A stretch of 64,000 bases of DNA from a virus, in IMG/VR virus record IMGVR_UViG_3300020048_000073, positions 1 through 64,000 of that record. One strand, given 5' to 3'. Each line of letters starts with the position of its first letter. Position 1 is the stretch's first letter. The translations under genes were made by a program, and so were the position numbers. This document shows, one piece after another, positions 48,301 to 54,192 of this stretch. The notes beneath the pieces were generated by a model, which worked only from the letters and a program-made list of their open reading frames with translations, ran no database searches and was not told the origin of the DNA.

Positions 48301-48579
48301 CCTAACAATGAAGCTATTTTGGCATTTAATAACGGGGTAATTTTGCCCTATAATGCTTACACTGCCAACGGAACATTATTAGTAATAAATGATACCCCCC
48401 AAGAAGGTGATGTAATAGAAGTTAGATATTACAAAATTGTAACGCCAACTATTCCACCCGCACCTGTTCCAGCGGTGTTTGCAGTAGAAATAGAATTTGT
48501 GGTACCTCCGCCCGAGGGACTTGAAGTTACTTCATCTATTAAACAAGCAAAAACAATAGATTTTGGCGAACTAGCGTAA
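33310..48579 (+). CDS. Giant 5089-aa virion structural protein (gp7-like wedge/receptor-binding platform)
   Basis: Follows gp6; FG-GAP-like propeller repeats (FG.S....VGAP), repeated (Y/F)xGDGxxxxF domains, YIQEVKPYH near the C-terminal quarter; uninterrupted 15.3-kb ORF. Confidence 0.75.
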   Translation: MVNRVRSVDFLPPIFQTPTNRQFLGATFDQLVQEPGFKKTEGFIGRQVGPGVNPRDSYILETTKTRADYQLEPGVVSLKPTDTTKITNTITYPGINDALNLQGAYVDDPDRLYSSEYYAFDPFVDLDKFINYSQYFWIPVGPQAVAVNARQYNFTEDFTVTRNPDTNAYTFSDTTGAIFGNNPTITLLRTGNYNFTVEQNLTQTETVPVNVVGSNGYTINNAVNPTVQLVRGNTYVFDFTYGFGVNSFYIKTVISAGTIDLWTDGITNNGGTGPTGQLIFKVPQDAPNTLFYCDLLASSNFQGQFDIIDAVSGTGPLFSIQTQPGVEGEISWSPNISSRVPTIGGVTNNTTDLGVINFIPPTTIAQNYFYNLTNIGGCDLISNNVPLAYFQGSPTVANFISTYGNIDGINNLDGRTIFFPSENDNTIYLITYVAGNITITVSTVVSNDTKFTILFGAQYINTTWYRGTTGNVIQMPLLTALDSELYYQDSEDPLMFGKINLIDATSTAILDINEILGSKQYTSPNGVAFTSGLIVFFDGLTTPASYQNSYFVVEGVGESITLTPLANLVVPETYANNLSIPYDSTNYDMYPYDGDLNAPIDLDYIVMNRASPDNNAWSRCNRWFHVDTITAAAQYNNQVPDFSNFERARRPILEYRSGIKLFDSGTLGASPITVIDLTTTNALLTVNGQPEFVIDQFSLLEGSTVIFAADTDPRVRNKIWQVSFVTPDSTPATNAGDFVVGRTYRIVTLGNTNFTAVGATSNTVGTEFTATGVGTGTGTAEFIQPVINLTAIYTMLINDMVVTLTGATTKGTSWYWDGIEYLRAQQKTSINQAPFFDVFDVDNVSFGDQIKYPSTSFRGNKLFSYAVGTGQDDPVLGFPLRYRTISNIFDIIFDNNLYTDTFTFTKDRVGSTLNVSTGFVHEYTNRTDYARLLGWQTAITRSLVRQQFRFTYDGTPLQFDIFISPNFRVPSIQLYRNSKFLDPSNYTVSQNDKGSIITIDSGVAEIDDIIEAAVLSSQISTQGFYQVPINLSNNPLNANSAEFTLGTVRTHYQTICENLIDLQGPVDGANNTRDLGNILPYGLTILQQSSPVTLAGYFMREEQYDIFNALDYNGREYIKFKDKLLDNVVTNDYTNLTIPEVVDAAIADINRGKTDTYPFYWSDMLPASGSYTTTTIEVTPITGDTFTTVQTYNFSSANFLGLLVYLNGEQLNIGQQYTVATDGPRLTILVPLTVGDILTINEYNNTAGNFVPNTPSKMGLYPAYAPELYYDTTYAEPTFVVLGHDGSKTIAFPDYRTQVLLEFEKRIYNNIKMQGNPVPLFTESVVPGFFSPISYVDSVGVLPPGLVNVLPGYFRGIDYSSPEVTAILSKSFLSWVGWNKLDYKTQDYIAQNAFSWNYSQSGNKITNEPLQGAWRGIYRYFYDTDTPNLTPWEMLGFTVEPSWWSLRYGPAPYTAGNLVLWDDLENGIVADPAGPYILPEYVRPGLDKVIPVDEQGELLSPFESVVGNYDENSFRRSWQVGDGGPVEASWIYSSSYPFAYMRLLILSRPAEFFALFADRDLYKYSQEFGQYLYNGRYRLDANGVEVYGNGVSKASYINWIVDYNKQIGLNSTKDLTEALQNLDVRLCYRLGGYSSKDYLSFFCERSSPNSSNTSLLIPDVSYNLSLYKNVPFSNIEYSACIVEVVEGGYQIFGYSNSLPYFTIQVSNPNGFQQTIEAGGKVVQVPATYTQQVAQIPYGTTFTNDAAVVDFLLGYGKYLEDNGIIYETQENGYTMNWRQMAAEFVYFAQQGWSPGTMINLNPSAITLAAVKAGAVVDTIDSISPENMVLDQNRAVLPTKDLIIERYGNEFTINSPTNQTISYANLKFTSYEQIVVFDNADTFGDLIYDPVTGARQNRLKVVGSITSEWDGTFDTRGFILNENNIQEWQPNRKYTKGEIVLYKNTYWSAQTIVQPKELFDFNDWVKSDYTRIQQGLLPNIATKADELTDVYDVRTVNLQSDANLFAYGLIGFRPREYMAALNLDDSTQVQVYQQFLKSKGTRLSTDIFTRAQFGRLSGEYTIYENWATLAGVYGAQANKSFIELRLNEALLRSDPSTIQILQPPNSGIANQTIFLQDVWRESYKLTSPNVFKTFYPQVNDSTLPTAGYVNFDDADITVFNINDPKSIEANIEIVGTGTTIWIAKTNSYDWGIFRCEVEGARITQISDNLNRTSLATFDQPHDLAVGDLIIIRYFNEAVNGVYRVLSVPAINSITIAYTFTPSDQTTIFGTGLVFYLQSMRVSQASNIADLPYADSFLPGAKVYVDNDGFGHWVVLEKTDSFSTSEVIYSTGIDPSFNVRYGASVSQSYDQVSALVGVPGLDTDQGIVVAYRRNNNNNYVFTAPLKLDTIGTRGFGQSSCYGDSNWSVIGAPRSLNNLGYAAILFQSTGIGDYRFTQLLLPPDYLINPVQSFGEYVWMTDDDRWCYVGAPAANKVYAYGLQNVQVQTVSYTGDGTTDTFKYSDNIIIDNTKPTQLFVNVNGAEQIAGVDYTIVSVGSGFGVEFVTVPPDNAIIGISRREYRLYGSESYNNVPSTAVTGSGTGATFIITNLRGQYSVSIDNIGTNYAIGDTLTILGTAVGGTTPANNITVTVTAVSFTGITEFTFAGTGNFNTIVNVGDYFYTATSIETFNLKINNVLQRPEIDYTYNVGTGLIVFAVIPAIGAEIVVNAGSYWKYAGEITPAGIPVDAEFGASVSATSTGDQVGIGAPRDDGAQLNSGAVYVYGKSSYTYIVSDPTQLAYAIPGNVINGPVAVTLNNNYLQNSYQSINGQFTVPVGNTQIELTTTAYGNANIVSATGTSVTYSFNGPASPSFIAGQTVTVTDISPVNYNGTFVISSVSGNTITVSSTVMAGNVITLGNIVQYQAQVGDEITIENNQFQLIQRILSHSAIDEEDFGRAVEICSNDCSIVIGAPNDSTQLTQSGSVDRNVSQPAIYGTITTTIANPVLSAGDTIKINNILVAVPVANTTVAGLISAINASGIPNVIATPTPDATFIGNNSTQIFGIGPIYTAAASYTTVVYVNNVLLTENIDYTYNATTEEIIFVTPPANRAVIVVVSGRMTLSVKNVEASKLYSMLSVLPGVTSTVFNALGVTPYAWTQTIYPPEPTYFGKFGSSLALSLDAELLLVGSPNGNIYQATTFDNGQTFFDDRATTFFNPIFNSGVVYSYDYLLSASDTVETPGKFIFGQQIYNTVEQPNDQFGSALSYVDGKLLVGAPNGNNGANGYVATFNNPRDIPAWQVVYAQQPVVDTKLINNAYLFNRLLSQEQDYLDFFDPLQGKILSVAQRNIDYVGAVDPATYNVGPVRNNGTMWANERVGEIWWDTDSVRFIDPNQDNIIYQSRRWGQVFPGSRIDIYQWTSSPVPPSEYTGEGTPLSIESYTVKSFLTADNIFDTAYFFWVRGITSVATGAGKNLSTTAIASYIESPRSSGIPYLAFLNASTVAIYNSGSLLSAFDTILHINYDRNFNDDNIHLQYDLVPEGKPDGFLTPKLYLKLIDSFSGIDSNGNNVPDPTLSPAERYGVQFRPRQSMFSNRFAALENYLGYVNNVLLKFPIRETRSFNLLNSSQPIPSVASGQWNLQVPTIEVLSYQDIYAVPLGYKYLVTSDSTFQGKWTIYEVKLISSTSAIRELSLTTIENFNTKLFWSYVDWYEPGYNSSVQIVIEVPNKTALDGLTLSQYPIGTSAKITANGQGLFEIYLRTDLGWRRVGLESGTIQFSETLWNYALGKFGYDADVFDNQGFDQEPVIETRRIIEAINQELLIDELLIDRNSALVLMFSFVYSEFVAPDWLFKTSLIDVNHKISTLDQTQIYQQNNQEFVLDYIQEVKPYHVQIREFNLGYSTTDLNALSVTDFDVPAYYDNSLDVPQYVSPVLLPYEHANTTVRSTVSDRDFNAQIWKEEPWNQWFNNFGLEIDSITIVNGGAGYTEIPDIVVATSSGVLEDAIIVPTLNNLGTITSVAIINPGQYYGEISLIVSGANAVPANLQPTLSPGPVRDFIINIKYDRYQYESNIVSWTANVTYPFGTQVRFANTVFSANVEPSVTSSDFNPFQWTLVQANALSGVDRTMGYYVAGNNMPGLSLPLLITGVEYPGVQVYGDGYVYGNVTLDAIYESNYLDTYLGTRPFDVNVNGGAYIGTYSSHAPEELVPGAEFDTMDLKVYTSGGFDQENDGHGFPLFSKSYTVEDWTVNTLDFAGLVANPTTIVVTNQSAGVVYVENIQYAVNWATQTVSLLTPVSSGTVINITVYELGGGNQLFVTTATTGNVDTVTIKLPISNSIVTEYVPFVNGQYSNSFVVSNTTSQTTDLTFTFGNTANRLITTVALGAGNAVPNYSWSNPVPQIITVTDPSVSSYTLTNNIDYLNPVTCVVNRNGERLRTAAGVEYANIQSSTQLVYALPRRLSDEPSDFAVSAYTVTGTGPFLVEFNVGLVQDISSAGSEVDVRSDSNPLLETGTTPLPVVSNTSTTITVEYPIDPGNTTVGNTTVTTVSYSNTTQVYIDNILQSANSGNYQYSTPYYSPTGKTPITTQGNITVNGANVTFDLSAPVSYPALVPSAWEVFDLEGNNSSLNGTYLCVAANATSITLEYPSAPGNIVDPGNTILSSTRVIQFANTTPDLGSDLYVATNLNVDAFVANGNIVINTAQIGNLVTGDVLEVITWNDTREQNLLNQVWVGPTQSVFTVSQGYDTTPYDTGTVDFAPGSFDYGFTLDVPRNNFILQRPAPNLSRLWVTLNGERLFPGTGFTVRGTELVLAVGTVNSGDVVMALEVSNDVVITPYVYRIFQDMRGLQLNYKITTQTTTELTEPLLAPDDQNYNDTIYVADIDALSEPDLDNNTWGVLSINGERIMYRVRDVSTSSVSSLLRGTSGTAAAAHEVDAVVTNFGLINLLPAQYQNYVNVYSEIANGTDTVFTAPDITAPFGSAPTVSSVAATVFELSQAVQVTVGGATPAQRFNGDGSANQFTLDITVPNNEAILAFNNGVILPYNAYTANGTLLVINDTPQEGDVIEVRYYKIVTPTIPPAPVPAVFAVEIEFVVPPPEGLEVTSSIKQAKTIDFGELA

Positions 48580-48620
48580 CAGAAGGTTTTTGAGGATAAT
48601 TTTTTAGGTAAATAAGTAAT

Positions 48621-48779
48621 ATGCAAAACACCAGTAAACACAATTTAGAACAGGAATTTCCGCCCAGTAGCCCCAAAAGGCCAAATGAAAAGGGCGGCAT
48701 TGCTGTTACAGAATCGTTACTTATTTTTGACCCTAAAACAGCAGAAAAATTAGTAGAAAAGGATAGAAATGCTCATTAA
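48621..48779 (+). CDS. Small protein, 52 aa (MQNTSKH...GGIAVTESLLIFDPKTAEKLVEKDRNAH), not in the ORF track
   Basis: Hand translation; TAAATA 6 nt upstream; C-terminal half resembles the N-terminus of the next gene. Confidence 0.7.
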   Translation: MQNTSKHNLEQEFPPSSPKRPNEKGGIAVTESLLIFDPKTAEKLVEKDRNAH

Positions 48780-49383
48780 CACGTTAGGCCCCATTGTCAA
48801 AGGGCACATTAAAATACACAACCCTTCAACCGGTGAAATATTTGTGGACAAAGACAACGCTATTAATTATGAAAATATGAGTATTTCCATGGCACAAACA
48901 TTATCTAATGGGCAACAGGGCTGGATTTATGCCATGGCATTTGGTAATGGTGGTGCCAGCGTTGACGCCACAGGTGTCATCACTTATTTGCCCCCTAACA
49001 CTACCGGGCAAAATGCTGATTTGTACAATCAAACCTATTACAAAGTTGTAGATCAATACGCTACTGCTAATCAAGATCCTGCGGTAAACAAAATGACAGT
49101 GTTGCACACCGCCGGTACTGTTTACAGTGATATTTTAGTGACATGCTTGCTAGACTATGGCGAGCCACCTGGGCAACAAGCATTTGATAATAGTACTAAT
49201 TTTAATGGTGAGTTTGTGTTTGATGAATTAGGTTTAAAAGCCTACAATCCAAGCACTCCAAATAATCTAGGTAGATTATTGACTCACGTGATTTTTCACC
49301 CGGTAGAAAAAAGTTTAAATCGTCAGATACAAATAGATTACACACTTCGTATTCAGACGTTGACGAATTTGAGTGCGACATAA
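48769..49383 (+). CDS. Baseplate/tail-fibre attachment protein (putative)
   Basis: GHIKI...KDNAI, MAFGNGG, FDELGL, LLTHVIFHPVEKSLNR; lies between the giant protein and the fibre gene. Confidence 0.6.
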   Translation: MLINTLGPIVKGHIKIHNPSTGEIFVDKDNAINYENMSISMAQTLSNGQQGWIYAMAFGNGGASVDATGVITYLPPNTTGQNADLYNQTYYKVVDQYATANQDPAVNKMTVLHTAGTVYSDILVTCLLDYGEPPGQQAFDNSTNFNGEFVFDELGLKAYNPSTPNNLGRLLTHVIFHPVEKSLNRQIQIDYTLRIQTLTNLSAT

Positions 49384-49388
49384 ATGTG

Positions 49389-49412
49389 CGTACATTAAAT
49401 ATTTAATAAATA
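49389..49412 (+). promoter_or_regulatory. Extended late promoter CGTACATT...TAAATA, copy 2
   Basis: 22/24 identical to 29863-29886. Confidence 0.7.
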
Positions 49413-49432
49413 ATAAAATACGGAGTTTGTAA

Positions 49433-50923
49433 ATGGCATACACAATTAATCAATTCAACGGCAACGTTTTAACAACATTGACCGACGGGACTATTAATCA
49501 GTCCTTCACAGTGACCTTAGTAGGTAAAAACTACTCGGGATATGGCGCTTTCTTAGATGAAAACTTCATATGGTTAATGGAAAATTTTGCTGATGTCACT
49601 GCTCCCGCTAATCCATTGGTTGGTCAGTTGTGGTATGACTCAGGTGAAAAAACATTAAAAGTTTACGACGGCACTAATTGGAAAAACATTAGTAGTTCTG
49701 CCCCAGGACCAAACCCTCCTCCGAATCCCATTGTTGGTGACTTATGGTTTAATACAACGTTGCAACAATTATTTGCTTGGAACGGCGCAGCATGGTTATT
49801 GATTGGGCCACCCAACAGTTCGGGCGAAGGCCGTACTGGTGCGTTCCCAGCTACTATTCGTGACACTGCCAGCAATGACCACATTGTACTAGAATTAATA
49901 GTTGGCGCCAATGTGGGCAACGGGTCGCCTAACTCACAGTCTGTAGCAATAGTAAGTAGAGATGCTACATTTACTCCTAATAATGTCGTACCTGGTTACT
50001 CAACAATTAATCCAGGTATTAATCTGCCAAGCACAGTGTTGCCTTTTGTGGGCTCCAACTTGGCAGTACAAAGTCCTACTTTCTTTGGTAATGCGTTGCA
50101 GGCACTATCGTTAGGTGTGACCAGCGGTAATACAACGGTATTTGTCAACGGCAACGCATTTATGCGTGCTGATTCTAATACATCAACTACTGGAACTGTA
50201 AGTATTCTAAACAATTCTGGCTTAAACATTGGTGCCAATGGGCAATTAAATATTTCTGCTGAAACATCTTTACCAGGAAATATTATTTTCTCAGCAGAAA
50301 CAGCCAATACTGGAATGATATTCAGTGTGTCCCCTAGTGGCGCACCTTTTTCAGCTATTGTAATTGACGCCAACGGCAACGTTAACATTCCCAATTTGTC
50401 CTCAGGTGGCAACGTTGGACTTGGAAACATCACTGTCAATAATATTTTCAACGGCAATCCGCCCTCAGGTGCTGGTAACATTGGTTCTTCGGCAAATCCT
50501 TTCAACACTATTTTTGCCAAAGCAACATCAGCTCAATATGCTGACGTAGCAGAACGCTTTGCGGCAGATGATCATTATCCATGCGGTACAGTTGTTGAAT
50601 TGGGTGGCGAACACGAGATTACATTGGCAAAAACAGAACTAAGCGACATGGTATTTGGTGTTATCAGTACTGCGCCAGCTTACTTGTTAAACTCAACCGC
50701 TGGTACTGATATAACTCACCCAGCAGTGGCTATGACAGGTCGTGTTCCAGTTCGTGTAATTGGATCAGTTAAAAAAGGAGACCGACTGGTATCAGCTGGT
50801 AACGGAATTGCTAGAGCTGCCAAACAAGGCGAAGCCACTCCGTTTAACACAATAGGACGTGCGTTGGTAGACAAACTTGATTCAGCTGAAGGTGAAGTTG
50901 AAGCTATTGTGGCAACAAAATAA
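49433..50923 (+). CDS. Tail fibre-like protein with C-terminal intramolecular chaperone/autocleavage domain (peptidase G2-like)
   Basis: N-terminal LVGKNYSGYG...ENF, P.NP.VGQLWYD/GDLWF repeats; C-terminal AQYADVAERF...GVIST.PAYLLN...VAMTGRVPVRV.G.V.KGD.LVS. Confidence 0.75.
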   Translation: MAYTINQFNGNVLTTLTDGTINQSFTVTLVGKNYSGYGAFLDENFIWLMENFADVTAPANPLVGQLWYDSGEKTLKVYDGTNWKNISSSAPGPNPPPNPIVGDLWFNTTLQQLFAWNGAAWLLIGPPNSSGEGRTGAFPATIRDTASNDHIVLELIVGANVGNGSPNSQSVAIVSRDATFTPNNVVPGYSTINPGINLPSTVLPFVGSNLAVQSPTFFGNALQALSLGVTSGNTTVFVNGNAFMRADSNTSTTGTVSILNNSGLNIGANGQLNISAETSLPGNIIFSAETANTGMIFSVSPSGAPFSAIVIDANGNVNIPNLSSGGNVGLGNITVNNIFNGNPPSGAGNIGSSANPFNTIFAKATSAQYADVAERFAADDHYPCGTVVELGGEHEITLAKTELSDMVFGVISTAPAYLLNSTAGTDITHPAVAMTGRVPVRVIGSVKKGDRLVSAGNGIARAAKQGEATPFNTIGRALVDKLDSAEGEVEAIVATK

Positions 50924-50937
50924 TTGAGTAAAAATAA

Positions 50938-51957
50938 ATGACATACACATCAGGCGGACTAATACAAGCATCTGACTACAATGATTTTGCAGGTCAAGGC
51001 GCAACACTATTAAACACCAACAACGTGAATCGTGTTTGGGGCAACGGTACAGCCACATTTGGCTACGGACAAGGCGGATCAACACCTATTCCGGCTGTAG
51101 TCGGTGGAAACACTGTTGTCACTGCCTCGCAATGGTCCACTTTAAATAATATTATTACTTCTATTGCTAGTCATCAAGGTACCGCAATTACTTCAAGAGC
51201 AAATCCAGTTGTTGGTGATACAATTAGCGTACTGGCAGCCCTGCAGAATGACATTACTAATATTAATCTTGCTCGAGGCAATTCAGCCACACTGGGGTCA
51301 CAATACGCAATATGGACTGGCCCAGCATCACAAACATCAGGCACTGGCTCTGGAAGTAGTGCATGGAGTCTTACTTGGACTCAACGGATTAATTTCCCAA
51401 CGGCAGCACAAGCCAATTGGTTTTTTAACTCTGGCGGATTAATTAAATGGCAGGTCAATAAAACATCTACTGGTACAGTAGCTGATCTTGCGTGGAATAC
51501 GTTTATCAATAATGGTATTAGTGATATTTTTATCACAGCAGGTAATCAAACTCAAAATATTGCTGGCATAAACTACACCGGAGTAACCAGAGTGGGCGGA
51601 ACTATTGCTCCAACAACCTTTTTACCCACTGCTGGATATTACAATTTGACCTCCACACCTCAGATTATCTATCAAGTGTTTAACAACATTAGTCCCTATG
51701 GTGGCAATAATCTGCGTTTGATTGCCTCCATGAACGGCCCAGTTCAAATGTTATTAACTACAGTTTGGAGTAGTTCGGGTGGATCTGGACCAGGATCAAC
51801 CAGTGCCATTACAGGTGGTAGTGATACTCCCAGCCCGTTTGTTGGTTTTGGCACGGCACCAACTACCCTAGTAACATACATTAATCCAGAAACTGTTAAT
51901 TTGACAAACAGCTGGGGCACGCCAACTATTGCTTACGACCCAATCAGCGTTGCGTAA
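50938..51957 (+). CDS. Virion structural protein (G/S/T-rich)
   Basis: MTYTSGGLIQASDYN, FGYGQ, VTASQW, A..FFNSGG; last gene of the tail block. Confidence 0.6.
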   Translation: MTYTSGGLIQASDYNDFAGQGATLLNTNNVNRVWGNGTATFGYGQGGSTPIPAVVGGNTVVTASQWSTLNNIITSIASHQGTAITSRANPVVGDTISVLAALQNDITNINLARGNSATLGSQYAIWTGPASQTSGTGSGSSAWSLTWTQRINFPTAAQANWFFNSGGLIKWQVNKTSTGTVADLAWNTFINNGISDIFITAGNQTQNIAGINYTGVTRVGGTIAPTTFLPTAGYYNLTSTPQIIYQVFNNISPYGGNNLRLIASMNGPVQMLLTTVWSSSGGSGPGSTSAITGGSDTPSPFVGFGTAPTTLVTYINPETVNLTNSWGTPTIAYDPISVA

Positions 51958-51981
51958 TATCACTAAACGGTAAGATAGATC

Positions 51982-52010
51982 TTTACATCTAGTAGCAATT
52001 CTGTTAAAAT
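51982..52010 (+). promoter_or_regulatory. sigma70-type promoter for the glycosyltransferase/radical SAM operon
   Basis: TTTACA-17 nt-TAAAAT with extended -10 TG; ATG 6 nt downstream. Confidence 0.7.
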
Positions 52011-52016
52011 AGTAGC

Positions 52017-52325
52017 ATGACAACTGAATCACTAATAGCCACAGCACGAGCTAGATTCGATCACGAATCAGCTCGCAGAGTTTTAAAAGAAAAATACCAA
52101 GCCAAACTAATATTTGCTCATGCAGGCGGAATGTGGCATGCTGGACCTGAACTATTGGCAACACTAAAATGTTGCTCCATAGATAAAGAAGTAGTCATTA
52201 TGGATCTGTACGAAAACCCGGTTAAAATCAATACAAAAGAATTATGGAACCTAACCGCGCAACGATGGCAAGAACAAATGAATGCTTGGTTAGTAGAATA
52301 TGAATTGTTAAACAAACAACGATGA
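52017..52325 (+). CDS. Hypothetical protein
   Basis: 102-aa ORF heading a chain of overlapping genes. Confidence 0.75.
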   Translation: MTTESLIATARARFDHESARRVLKEKYQAKLIFAHAGGMWHAGPELLATLKCCSIDKEVVIMDLYENPVKINTKELWNLTAQRWQEQMNAWLVEYELLNKQR

Positions 52326-53107
52326 CTGGAGCCTTAATATTTGCCTTTAACAATGAGCAAATAGATTATCTCGGAATGGCACGTTGGTCAGCTAAAAATA
52401 TTTTTAGACATTTGGGAATACCCACTGCTATCGTAACCAACCAAAGTCAAACTCCGTACGATTACGAACATTTTATCTTAATTGATCCAACTGAAACCTC
52501 GGGTAGATATTTTAGCGACTATGCCGACACACTAACGTGGTACAACGGCGATAGAATTAACGCCTATGAGTTAAGCCCGTGGGAAAAAACATTAGTGCTT
52601 GATGCTGATTATGTTGTGGCCAGCGATCAACTACTGTCAATTTTAGCATCCAATGAAGATTTTTTAGCATACAAAACAGCATATGATATTACTGGGACAC
52701 AAGATTTTAAACAATTGAACTCTTTTGGTGATTACAATATGCCCATGTATTGGGCCACAGTAATGATGTTTAATCGTAGTGTGTATGCTCAACAAGTGTT
52801 TGAAATGATGGCTATGATTAAGCATAATTGGGATCATTACAGAAGCATTTACAAGTTTGCCAACGCAACATATCGAAATGATTACGCACTTAGTATTGCG
52901 TTAAACACACTTAACGGGCATACTCAGCAAATTAAAAATATTCCTTGGTCAATGCCCAGCTTGACTTTAGAACATAAACTTAGCAAAGTTGATACAGATG
53001 TTTATAGAGTTGATTATGTCAAAGATTCTAATGCACGCTACATCACAGTTAATACTGATTTTCATGCCATGTGCAAACAACAATTAGGAGGGGTAATTGA
53101 ACATTAA
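52322..53107 (+). CDS. GT-A fold glycosyltransferase-like protein (GT8-like)
   Basis: YELSPWEKTLVLDADY DxD motif, WATVMMF, RNDYA. Confidence 0.7.
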   Translation: MTGALIFAFNNEQIDYLGMARWSAKNIFRHLGIPTAIVTNQSQTPYDYEHFILIDPTETSGRYFSDYADTLTWYNGDRINAYELSPWEKTLVLDADYVVASDQLLSILASNEDFLAYKTAYDITGTQDFKQLNSFGDYNMPMYWATVMMFNRSVYAQQVFEMMAMIKHNWDHYRSIYKFANATYRNDYALSIALNTLNGHTQQIKNIPWSMPSLTLEHKLSKVDTDVYRVDYVKDSNARYITVNTDFHAMCKQQLGGVIEH

Positions 53108-53837
53108 AGCAGAAAGAGGATATTTGATACCTGCGTTTAACACCACTGACGTTGATTATGTTACTTGTGCTGAAAAACTACGTGATAGTATTTTAAAATT
53201 TCATCCCACCGCTGATGTAACAATATTACAAACACATGACTTGCCTTTTGGTGATTTAGGTGGATTTAAAAATGATTGGCAAGTGTTTTATGCAAGTCCT
53301 TACAGACAAACTATTAAACTAGAAGCGGACATGATAGCAACTTCACCTATTGATCATTGGTGGACATTATTTGAAAATAAAGATGTGGTTGTAAGTCAAG
53401 GTTGTCGAGACATGTACAATCAACCAGCTACATCAAGAGCGTACAGAAAAATTTTTGACAATAACAAGTTACCAGACGTGTACAATGCTATTACATATTG
53501 GCGATTGAGTACAACAGCACAAACATTTTTTGACACAGTGCATTCAATATTCGAGTACTGGGATGATTACAAAAAAATACTTAAAATGTCAGATGATACA
53601 CCTACTACTGATGTTGTTTATGCTATGGCTGTAAATATTGTTGGGTTTGATTTAGTAACCTTACCTAAAGGATTGGGGCCTACTATTGTACACATGAAAC
53701 AACATATCAATGGATTAATGACTGACAACTGGGTCAAAGAATTAATATGCGAGGATACTAATTGGGGTTTTAGAATTCACACTGTGGCACAGAATGGCCT
53801 TGTGCATTATCACATAAAGGATTTTGTGTGTGAGTAA
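53097..53837 (+). CDS. GT-A fold glycosyltransferase-like protein, paralogue of the upstream gene
   Basis: FYASPYRQTIKLEADM (ExD variant of DxD), TDVVYA, IVHMK, HYH. Confidence 0.6.
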   Translation: MNIKAERGYLIPAFNTTDVDYVTCAEKLRDSILKFHPTADVTILQTHDLPFGDLGGFKNDWQVFYASPYRQTIKLEADMIATSPIDHWWTLFENKDVVVSQGCRDMYNQPATSRAYRKIFDNNKLPDVYNAITYWRLSTTAQTFFDTVHSIFEYWDDYKKILKMSDDTPTTDVVYAMAVNIVGFDLVTLPKGLGPTIVHMKQHINGLMTDNWVKELICEDTNWGFRIHTVAQNGLVHYHIKDFVCE

Positions 53838-54192
53838 TAAAATTGTACACAACGAACAAATGATGAATGAACAAGAATTTTGGGCTGCTCTAACGCCCAT
53901 TCCGCCAAACAAAACTCAGTATCGACTGTACTACGATCAAAACGGGTTGCCGTTAAAATACAGTGTTGACGAAGAACCTGGAAACTACATCGAAGTAACT
54001 GCTTTTGAATATTTAAAAGCATCGTTTAAACTCAAAGTAAAAGATGAAGTTATTGTTTACCTTAAAGAACCAGCGGTACCAAAATTAGTAATAAGTACAC
54101 ACGGCACAGCAACACATTTAGATGACATTACAGTGCTTTCAGATAGTGTTGTTAATAACAAATGGAGTTTAAAGATTTATGAAGAAGATTGA
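53824..54192 (+). CDS. Hypothetical protein (start may be ATG 53860/53863)
   Basis: YRLYYD..G motif; overlaps neighbours. Confidence 0.65.
   Translation: MCVSNKIVHNEQMMNEQEFWAALTPIPPNKTQYRLYYDQNGLPLKYSVDEEPGNYIEVTAFEYLKASFKLKVKDEVIVYLKEPAVPKLVISTHGTATHLDDITVLSDSVVNNKWSLKIYEED

Noticed and set aside
33310-48579. Intein or intron within the giant ORF, gp46 or portal
   Set aside because: No C/S...HN splice junctions or LAGLIDADG blocks noticed; size is explained by structural modules
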